Positions 1 to 7,735 of a stretch of DNA of 64,000 nucleotides are shown one piece after another. The DNA is from Dehalococcoidia bacterium (GTDB taxonomy: Bacteria > Chloroflexota > Dehalococcoidia > SHYD01). Every line of letters begins with the position of its first letter. The first letter of the stretch is position 1. Below the pieces are notes generated by a model. It ran no database searches. It was not told the DNA's origin and worked only from the letters and a program-made list of their open reading frames with translations. Made by a program: the position numbers and the translations under genes. Where the stretch lies: the NCBI GenBank assembly GCA_009692945.1, contig SHYD01000004.1, forward strand, positions 5,910 through 69,909, in the 5' to 3' direction.

Positions 1-785
1 CGGAACTGCAGGAGGCGTGCTTTCGCATTTACAACGATTGGCTGGCCGATTACTGCGCGGTGGACACCGACCGGCTCGTCGGCATCGCTCTCCTCTCAAC
101 CTTCAACATTCAGAACGCAATCAAGGAACTGGAACGCTGCCGGCAGCGCGGCCTGCGGGGCGGTCTGATCTGGCAGGTGCCCCACCCCGACCTGCCCTTC
201 ACCTCGGGCCATTACGACCCGTTGTGGGCGGCGGCCGAAGCCCTCAAAATGCCCATCAGCCTGCACATCCTGACCGGTTTCGGCTACAGCAAGAACCTGT
301 TCACCATGAGCGGGTTGGACATGTACCGCAACAGCGTCAACGTCAAGCTCCTGGAAGCGGCCAACACCATGCTGGAGTTGATCATGAGCGGGGTGTTCGA
401 GCGGTTCCCCGCCCTGAAGTTCGTCATCGTCGAGAATGAAATCGGATGGATGCCCTTTGTCATCGAACAGTGGGACCGCTACTACAAACGGTTCCAGAAG
501 AGCGGCACCAACCCCGTGACCCTATCGAAGCTGCCAAGTGAGTTCTTCGACAGCAACTTCTACGCCACGTTCTTCAACGACCCGGCCGGCGGCCACCTGC
601 TCGCCAAGTTTGGCGAAAACAACTGCATGTGGTCCAACGACTACCCCCACGGCAACTCCACCTGGCCCCATTCCCGTGAGGTCATCGCCCGCGACCTGGG
701 GCACCTGTCTCCCGAGCGGCGGGCCAAGATCGTGGCCACCACTGCCCAGAAGCTCTACGATATGCGCGTCACCCAGATCGCGTAG
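1..785 (+). CDS. Amidohydrolase-2 family metal-dependent hydrolase/decarboxylase (ACMSD/LigW-like), 5' end outside window
   Basis: Frame 3 is open from nt 3 (ELQEACFRIYNDWLADYCAV..) into ORF 60..785. PISLHILTGF, VENEIGWMPF and WSNDYPHG resemble PF04909-type TIM-barrel enzymes. Confidence 0.75.
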   Translation, partial: ELQEACFRIYNDWLADYCAVDTDRLVGIALLSTFNIQNAIKELERCRQRGLRGGLIWQVPHPDLPFTSGHYDPLWAAAEALKMPISLHILTGFGYSKNLFTMSGLDMYRNSVNVKLLEAANTMLELIMSGVFERFPALKFVIVENEIGWMPFVIEQWDRYYKRFQKSGTNPVTLSKLPSEFFDSNFYATFFNDPAGGHLLAKFGENNCMWSNDYPHGNSTWPHSREVIARDLGHLSPERRAKIVATTAQKLYDMRVTQIA

Positions 786-806
786 CATCACTCTAAGGAG
801 GACACT

Positions 807-1259
807 TTGACGACGACTCAAACCCGGGCCAAGGCTCAGTTCTTTTCGATGCGGACCCCGCTGCTGGAGCAGGGCCGCACCACCGACATCGTGGCCAAAA
901 CCGATCTCCTGACAGTAACCACCAAGGCCTACGCCGCCGGCGGCGAGAATGCCCTCCACGCCCATCCCACCGAGGACCACTCCTTCATCGTGCTCCAGGG
1001 CCAAGCCACGTTCCACACCGGAACGGAGGACACGGTGACGGTGGTCAATCAGTTCGAAGGGATCATGCTCCCAATGGGAGCGCTGTACTGGTTCAACAGT
1101 TCGGGCGGCGAGAACCTGGTCATGGTCCGCATCGGCGCGTCCACCGACCCCCGCGGGATGGGCCACCGGGTGCATCCCGACGGGGTCCCCTTCCCCGGCG
1201 ACGCGGTCGAAAACAACCCGGTGGAGCGCATCGAAATCCCCGGCGCCTTCTTCGGATAG
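807..1259 (+). CDS. Single-domain cupin protein
   Basis: ORF 807..1259 with a TTG start 5 nt after AAGGAGG. Cupin motifs are ENALHAHPTEDHSFIVLQGQATF and GIMLPMGALYWF. Confidence 0.75.
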   Translation: MTTTQTRAKAQFFSMRTPLLEQGRTTDIVAKTDLLTVTTKAYAAGGENALHAHPTEDHSFIVLQGQATFHTGTEDTVTVVNQFEGIMLPMGALYWFNSSGGENLVMVRIGASTDPRGMGHRVHPDGVPFPGDAVENNPVERIEIPGAFFG

Positions 1260-1277
1260 CAGCTCTGGATGTGGTGT

Positions 1278-1316
1278 GCTGAGGCCGCTCGATGATCGGG
1301 CGGCCTCAGCTTTTGC
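1278..1316 (+). terminator. Rho-independent terminator after the cupin gene
   Basis: 11-bp stem GCTGAGGCCGC / GCGGCCTCAGC (1278-1288, 1300-1310) followed by TTTTG. Confidence 0.6.
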
Positions 1317-1327
1317 TACAACCAACC

Positions 1328-1678
1328 ATGCATCCTCATAACGTGATTCCATCCACTTTGGTCCGGCTGAAGCGGGAGGAAAACGGACGGCGAGCGGTGT
1401 ACGCTGCGGCGTCGATCGGAGCCGGCGACACCATCGAGATAGCGGCGGTGCTGGTGCTCCCCGCCCGCGATCGTGCGGCGCTCGAAGGCACCGAACTCGA
1501 GGCGTGCATCCGGCCTTGGCCAGAGGAGGGGGCCATCGCACTAGCCCTGGGCTACAGTTGTTTCTACGGGAGGTCAGCAACTCCGAACGCCACGTGGGAG
1601 CCGCTGCCCGAGCCGCGTGCGGTCCGGATCTTCGCCACGCGCCCGATCGCCGATGGAGAACTGATTACGGTATGTTGA
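1328..1678 (+). CDS. Degenerate SET-domain-like paralogue (probably catalytically inactive)
   Basis: ORF 1292..1678 trimmed to ATG 1328 because the upstream part overlaps the terminator. It aligns by eye with the next gene (GDTIEIAAVLVLP vs GETIELASVLLAP; GELITV vs GDEITV). The NHS motif is lost (FYGRSATPNA vs LYNHSFSPNA) and the ORF stops just before the C-terminal Tyr. Confidence 0.55.
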   Translation: MHPHNVIPSTLVRLKREENGRRAVYAAASIGAGDTIEIAAVLVLPARDRAALEGTELEACIRPWPEEGAIALALGYSCFYGRSATPNATWEPLPEPRAVRIFATRPIADGELITVC

Positions 1679-2103
1679 CCCGCGCCACCCAAGCGCCCGG
1701 CCCGCCCGTATGGCCAGAACCGTTCCCAACGCTTCAGGTACGGCACGTCCCAGGGAAGGGCCGGGGGGTCTTTGCCCTGGTCCGCTTCCAGCCCGGCGAA
1801 ACCATCGAACTAGCCTCGGTGCTGCTGGCGCCCGGCTCACGCCGCGCCGCCTTCATGGGGACCGTCCTGAAAGACTACACGTTCCGTTGGAATGAGGATA
1901 ACGGTGAGATCGCGTTCTGCCTGGGGCTGGGCTCCCTCTACAACCACTCGTTCTCCCCAAACGCCCGCTACATCAAATCCCTCAGGGAAAAGGCGATCCG
2001 GTTCCTGGCCCTGACGGACATCTCGCCCGGTGACGAGATCACGGTGAACTACAACGGATCTCCGAGCGACGCCTCCCCGGTGTGGTTCGAGCCACTCCCC
2101 TGA
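1672..2103 (+). CDS. Minimal SET-domain protein (putative lysine methyltransferase)
   Basis: ATG 1672 lies inside ORF 1504..2103. Motifs are GKGRGVFA, LYNHSFSPNA and GDEITVNY (PF00856-like). It overlaps the upstream paralogue by 7 nt (ATGTTGA). Confidence 0.75.
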   Translation: MLTRATQAPGPPVWPEPFPTLQVRHVPGKGRGVFALVRFQPGETIELASVLLAPGSRRAAFMGTVLKDYTFRWNEDNGEIAFCLGLGSLYNHSFSPNARYIKSLREKAIRFLALTDISPGDEITVNYNGSPSDASPVWFEPLP

Positions 2104-2115
2104 AATGCCACTCCC

Positions 2116-4852
2116 ATGACGCAGCCGTTGTCCCCCAACTATCCCGCCCACCGTGAAGTCGATGTCGCTCTCCGGGACGGCGCCACCATCAGCATCCGGC
2201 CAGTGCGCCCCAGCGATGAAGCTGCGTTGACCGCATTCTTCCGGAGTCTCTCGGAGGATTCAAGGGCCCTCCGATTCAACAGCGGCGCCGTTGATTTTGC
2301 CGCGGTGGCACGCCGGGAGTGCCATGTCGACTACCGGCGGCAATTCGGGCTGATGGCAACCTCGGGGCCGTCGGGCGCGGTGGCCGGACAGGCGTACTAC
2401 AGCGCGATCGACGACGAAAGGGCGCAGGCGACCTCCGCCCTTTCGTCGTCGATCAGTTCCAGGGTCTGGGCCTGGGCACCCTGCTCCTGGGGCAACTGGC
2501 GGAAGCCGCCCAGGAATCCGATATCGGCGCCTTTGTTGCCCAGGTGTTGCCCCGCAATCACCGCATGTTGGGGGTATTCCGGGACTCCGGCCTGCCAATC
2601 GAAGTGGAGAGCTATCCCGGCGAATTGCGGGTGACCTTTGCAACCAGCCTCACGCCGGACGCGGTGGAGCGGTTCACCATGCGGGAAATCCAGGCCGCGG
2701 TGGCTGCCATCCGAAAATTCCTGGAGCCCCAATCCGTCGCGGTCATCGGAGCCTCGCGCGAGCGCGGGACCGCGGGCGGGCAGGTCTTCCGCAATCTTTT
2801 GGACGGACCCTTCGCCGGTCCGGTGTACCCGGTGAACCCCTCAGCACCGGTGGCCCAAGGGGTCGTGGCGTACCCTTCCATCGGACGGGTCCCGGGAACG
2901 GTGGACTTGGCCGTGATTGTGGTGCCGGGCGCCCAGGTGAACGCGGTGGCCCGCGAGTGCGCTGCCAAAGGGGTCCGATCCCTCGTCGTCATTTCGGCAT
3001 CCTTTGCCGAGGCAGGCGCCGAGGGCCGGGAGCGGCAGGCGGAACTGCTGCGCATCTGCCGGGACGCTGGCATGCGGCTCATCGGACCCAACTGTCTCGG
3101 CATCGTGAACACGGATCCCGATTTCCGGCTGAACGCAATGTTCAACCCGGTCACTCCGTTGCCTGGCAACGCCGCGTTCGCCTCTCAGAGCGGGGCCTTG
3201 GGGCTGGCGGCGATGGACTACGCCGCAGCCGTCGGGTTGGGTCTGTCCAGCTCCGTCTCCATGGGCAACAAGGCCGATATTTCCGGGAATGACCTGCTGG
3301 GCTTTTGGGAACAGGACCCCCGCACCGATGTTATCCTGCTCTACCTGGAGTCGTTCGGAAACCCCCGGAAGTTCTCGCAGATTGCCCGGAGGGTGGGCCG
3401 GAGCAAGCCGATCGTCGCCGTCAAGAGTGGCCGTTCCGCCGCGGGGCGCGCGCGCGCCGCATCGTCGCATACCGGGGCGCTGCTGGCCGCGTCGGATGTC
3501 ACCGTCGATGCCCTGTTCCGGCAGGCGGGCGTCATCCGCACCGATACCCTCGAAGACCTCTTCGCGGTGGCGACGCTGCTGGCGCACCAGCCCGTGCCCC
3601 TGGGCGCCCGGGTCGGGATCGTGACCAACGCCGGCGGCCCGGGCATTCTGTGCGCCGACACCTGCGAGGCCGAGGGACTGGCCGTTGCGCCCCTGGCCGA
3701 TGCGACCCAGGAGCGGCTGCGGCAATGCCTGCCACCGGCGGCAAGCGTTACCAACCCGGTAGACATGATCGCCACCGCCAGCGCCCAACAGTTCGAAGAG
3801 TGCGTCGCGCTGGTCCTGGGCGACCCCAATATCGATGCTGTGATCGCCATCTTCATCCCGCCGCTGGCCACGCGTCCGGAGGACGTCGCCCTGGCGTTGG
3901 TGGCGGCAGCAGGCCGAGGGCCTGACGGCAAGCCGTTGCTGACCGTGTTCATGACCTCGAAAGGGGCGCCGGCCGAACTGGCCTGGGTTTCCGGGCGGCT
4001 CCCCTGCTATCAATTTCCCGAGAACGCTGCCCGGGCGCTGGCCCATGCGGTCCGCTATGGCGCCTGGCGGTCCCGTCCCCAACGACCGACGCCGCCGTTG
4101 CCTGGGGTGCGGCGGGACCAGGCCAAGGCGGTGGTCGCTGATGCGCTCGGGCGCGGACCGCAGTGGTTGTCGGCGGATGCCGTTGCCGAGGTCTTCGCCT
4201 GCTACGGGATCCCCGCGGCACGGCAGACGCTGGCCGGGACTGCCGGAGAGGTCGCGGCCGCCGCGGCGGCGATGGGCGGGCCGGCCGGTGGCCCTGAAAG
4301 CGGTGGCGATCGGCCTCGTTCATAAGACCGAGGCTAGGGCGGTCGTTCTCGGTCTCGAACGCCCAGATGAGGCGGCATCGGCCGCCACGGCGATGGAACA
4401 ATGGAACAGCGGGTGCGGGCCGCCGGCCACGACGTTACCGGCTTCGTCGGCCAGGAAATGGTGGGCGGCGGCATCGAAATGATGGCCGGGATGACCCACG
4501 ACCCGCTGTTCGGCCCGGTCATCGCGTGTGGGCGGGGGGAACGCTCATCGAACTCCTGAAAGACATCACGGTGGGGCTGAGTCCCCTCACGGCTGCCGAT
4601 GCGCAGGAGATGGTGCAGACCCTCAAAACGGCGCCGCTGCTGGCGGGATACCGGGGCAGCCCATCCCGCGATGCCGCAGCGCTCCAGGACATCCTGCTGC
4701 GGGTGAGCGCCATGGCGGAGGACCTTCCGCAGATCGTCGAAATGGACCTGAACCCGATCATGGTCCGCCAACAGGGCGCCATCGTCATCGATGCCCGCAT
4801 TCGGGTCGAAGTCCCACCACCTCCGCTCCCGCTCAGTGCGCGACGGCGGTGA
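2116..4852 (+). pseudogene. GNAT acetyltransferase fused to NDP-forming acyl-CoA synthetase (Pat-like, GNAT N-terminal), disrupted by at least four frame breaks
   Basis: Homology can only be followed by switching frame four times:
- ORF 2116.. carries the GNAT N-part (..YYSAIDDERAQ).
- ORF 2319..4325 carries FVVDQFQGLGLGTLLL and the CoA-binding VAVIGASRERGTAGG.
- ORF 4045..4482 carries RPVALKAVAIGLVHKTEA.
- An unlisted frame carries QRVRAAGHDVTGFVGQEMVGGGIEMMAGMTHDPLFGPVIACGRGG.
- ORF 4367..4852 carries TLIELLKDITV..EMDLNPIMV.
Lesions lie near 2441, near 4278, at 4393-4408 (8-bp tandem duplication) and at 4534-4539 (G6 run). Confidence 0.8.
2406..2454. repeat. Perfect 19-bp inverted repeat with 11-nt spacer inside the GNAT coding region
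   Basis: GATCGACGACGAAAGGGCG (2406-2424), spacer caggcgacctc, CGCCCTTTCGTCGTCGATC (2436-2454). The arms are exact reverse complements. Confidence 0.95.
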
Positions 4853-4893
4853 TCAAGGTATGATCAAACCCGGTATACGGCGCGGAGGGATCA

Positions 4894-5412
4894 ATGAAAC
4901 GGCGGTTGGTTATCATGGCAGCGGTTGTCATCCTGGGCGCCATGGGGTTCCTCGGATGGCATCTCATCTCGCCGTTGTTCCTCTCGAATCGGGTTGTCGA
5001 GGCGCTGCCGGCGGGGCTCGCCGCCAGTTCAACCCCAGGCGCCGGGGGCACCCAACCGGCGACCGGCGTCCCCGCCATCAAAAAGGGCAACCTCAAAGAT
5101 GCTGACGGGTTCCACAAAGGGAGCGGTGAGGTCGCGGTCTACCGGCTCTCCGGCGGGAAACTGCTGCTCCGGCTCGAGTCGATAAACGTCACCAACGGGC
5201 CGGACCTGCACGTTTATCTGTCGGCACACCCGAATCCGGCGACGAGCGCCGAGGTCCACCAGCCGGGGTATGCCGACCTGGGCAAACTGAAGGCGAACCA
5301 AGGGAGCCAGAACTACGACATCGCTGCCGGCGTTGAGCTCAGCGCGATCCGCAGTGTGGTCATCTACTGCCAACCCTTCAGCGTGATATTCAGCACCGCG
5401 ACTCTTGAATAA
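4894..5412 (+). CDS. DM13-domain protein with N-terminal membrane anchor/signal
   Basis: ORF 4894..5412 with GGAGGG upstream. It has a hydrophobic N-terminus (LVIMAAVVILGAMGFLGW). GSGEVAVYRLSGGKLLLRLESINVTNGPDLHVYL matches the DM13 pattern. Confidence 0.7.
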   Translation: MKRRLVIMAAVVILGAMGFLGWHLISPLFLSNRVVEALPAGLAASSTPGAGGTQPATGVPAIKKGNLKDADGFHKGSGEVAVYRLSGGKLLLRLESINVTNGPDLHVYLSAHPNPATSAEVHQPGYADLGKLKANQGSQNYDIAAGVELSAIRSVVIYCQPFSVIFSTATLE

Positions 5413-5491
5413 AGCACCGTCTGCCGGTCCCACCGGTCGGTAGGGCGGATGACGATCCGAAAGACAACGAGCGAAAACCCAGGAGCGAAAC

Positions 5492-6937
5492 ATGCCCCTT
5501 CGGACAGTTCAGCAATACAAGGCCTCCCTTCAGGACGGCCGGGCGGTCTATTTCGGTGGCGAGCGGGTGGCCGACGTTACGAAACACCCAGTGATAGGCA
5601 TCGCAGTGAACCACGCCTGCCTCGATTATTCGTTGGCGGACGACCCCAGCCACCGCGACCTGGCCGTGTTCAACGACCCGGCCACGGGCGAAACCTACAG
5701 CCGGTTCTTCCGGATCCCCCTGAACAGCGAAGACCTGTTGCTGCGCAGCCGGCTCATTGCCGAGACCACCCGCCAGGGGAAAACCCTGGTGACCCTCATC
5801 AAAGAGATCGGCACCGATTGCCTGTTCGCCCTGCACATGATTGCCGACCACATGGACAAGCACCTGGGTACCGGCTACCTCGGAAAGGTACAGGACTTCT
5901 ACCGCCACTGCCGGGACAACGACCTGGCCATGTCGGTGGCGCAAACCGATGTGAAGGGCGATCGCAGCCTCGGTCCCGCGGGGCAGGAACACCCCGACTA
6001 CTACGTCCGCATCGTGGAGGAACGAGCGGATGGGATTGTGGTCAGGGGAGCCAAGGTGCACACATCGGTGACGCCCAACTCGAATGAACTGTTCGTGATC
6101 CCCACCCGCCAACTCTCGGCCGAAGACCGCGCCTACGCCGTCGCCTTCGCCATCCCGACCAACACCCCCGGCGTCAGGATGATATGCAGTTCCTACGACG
6201 ACAGCGTGCCCAACGCCTTCGACCGTCCCATCACGTCCGAGCACCGGATGATGGAGACCCTGACCATTTTCGACGATGTCTTCGTGCCCAACGAGCGCGT
6301 CTTCCTGAAGGGCGAATGGCAGTATGCCGGACCCCTCGCCCGCGCCTTCGTCGAGTTCCATCGGTTCACGGCCATCTCGTACAAGTTGCCGCTGGTTGAC
6401 CTGTTGTGCGGTTCCGCCCACCTCATCGCCGAGCTCAACGGCATCGACCGGGCCGGCCATGTGCGCGACAAACTGAGCTGGCTCATCAGTTACGCCGAGA
6501 CGCTTCAGGCCATGACGCGTATCGCCGCGATCGAATGTTCCATGGAGGCGCCGGGGATCGCGGTCCCCAGCACCAAACTGGTCAACATCGCTAAGCTCCA
6601 CTTCGCCAGCAACTATCACCAGGCGCTGAGCCACGTCCAGGACCTCACCGGCGGCCTGCTGGTGACCGCTCCGGGTCTGGCCGATCTGGACAACGCCGAT
6701 ACCGGGGCCGACATCGAGCACTATCTCGGCGGCAAGAAAGGCGTGTCAGCTCGCGACCGGCTGCGCGTCATCAACCTCATCTCCGACCTGACCACGGCCA
6801 GCTTTGGAGGCTACCAGGCGGTGCTGGCCATCCACGCAGAGGGATCGATCGAGGCCGAGAAGATCACGATTCTCAGGGAGTACGACTCAGCCGGAGCGAA
6901 GTCGTTCGCTCGTTGGGCCGCCGGGATCGCACCGTGA
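5492..6937 (+). CDS. HpaB/AbfD-family protein (4-hydroxyphenylacetate 3-monooxygenase oxygenase-component family)
   Basis: 481-aa ORF with AGGAG upstream. DVKGDRSLGPAGQEHPDYYVRIVEERADGIVVRGAKVHTS is collinear with 4-hydroxybutyryl-CoA dehydratase/HpaB family sequences as I recall them. The AbfD Fe-S cysteines appear absent. Confidence 0.75.
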   Translation: MPLRTVQQYKASLQDGRAVYFGGERVADVTKHPVIGIAVNHACLDYSLADDPSHRDLAVFNDPATGETYSRFFRIPLNSEDLLLRSRLIAETTRQGKTLVTLIKEIGTDCLFALHMIADHMDKHLGTGYLGKVQDFYRHCRDNDLAMSVAQTDVKGDRSLGPAGQEHPDYYVRIVEERADGIVVRGAKVHTSVTPNSNELFVIPTRQLSAEDRAYAVAFAIPTNTPGVRMICSSYDDSVPNAFDRPITSEHRMMETLTIFDDVFVPNERVFLKGEWQYAGPLARAFVEFHRFTAISYKLPLVDLLCGSAHLIAELNGIDRAGHVRDKLSWLISYAETLQAMTRIAAIECSMEAPGIAVPSTKLVNIAKLHFASNYHQALSHVQDLTGGLLVTAPGLADLDNADTGADIEHYLGGKKGVSARDRLRVINLISDLTTASFGGYQAVLAIHAEGSIEAEKITILREYDSAGAKSFARWAAGIAP

Positions 6938-6969
6938 CCACCCAGGAACGGTCCAGCACCACGTCCGTG

Positions 6970-7731
6970 ATGCAACGGCTCAGGTTGGATGGCAAGGTGG
7001 CGGTGGTCACCGGCAGCAGCCGCGGCATCGGCGCTGCCATCGCCCTCGGGTTCGCAGAAGCCGGCGCCACGGTGGTGGTGAACGGACGCTCGGACGCCAG
7101 CGCGAACGCCGGAGCCGAGGCGATCCGCGCCACGGGGGGAGCGGCATTCCCCATCGCTGCCGACGTGACCAAAAGCGCCGAGGTGGAGCGGCTCTTGAAC
7201 GAGGCCACCGGACGCTTCGGCCGTGTCGACATCATGGTGAACAACGCGGGCATCTCGGAGTTCTACAAACGGGCTGAGGCGATCACCGAAGACGACTGGG
7301 ACTCGGTGATGTCGGGAAACTTGAAGCCGGTGTTCCTGGGGTGCAGCGCGGCCGGCCGGAGGATGAAGGAACAGGGCGGGGGCATCATCCTGAACGTCAC
7401 CTCCATCGGCGGGCTGACGGCGTTGCCCAGACTCCTGGCCTACTGCACCGCCAAGGCCGGAATCGTCCAGATCACCCGTGTCCTGGCGGTGGAGTGGGCT
7501 CAGCACGGTATCAGGGTCAACGCGATAGCGCCGGGCTGGGTGGAGACCGACATGGCCCGAGGGTTGCTGGAGCACCCCGTTTACGGCGCCCAATTAATGC
7601 AGCGGACGCCAATGAACCGGGCTGCCCGCCCCGAGGAGATCGCAGGGGCAGCCGTGTACCTGGCGTCCGCGGCAGCCAGCTTTGTAACGGGCCACATTCT
7701 GGCCATCGACGGCGGTTGGACCGCCGGGTGA
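6970..7731 (+). CDS. Classical short-chain dehydrogenase/reductase
   Basis: ATG 6970 lies inside ORF 6913..7731. Motifs are VVTGSSRGIGAAIA, NNAGI and the YCTAKAG (YxxxK) region. Confidence 0.85.
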   Translation: MQRLRLDGKVAVVTGSSRGIGAAIALGFAEAGATVVVNGRSDASANAGAEAIRATGGAAFPIAADVTKSAEVERLLNEATGRFGRVDIMVNNAGISEFYKRAEAITEDDWDSVMSGNLKPVFLGCSAAGRRMKEQGGGIILNVTSIGGLTALPRLLAYCTAKAGIVQITRVLAVEWAQHGIRVNAIAPGWVETDMARGLLEHPVYGAQLMQRTPMNRAARPEEIAGAAVYLASAAASFVTGHILAIDGGWTAG

Positions 7732-7735
7732 GCCG

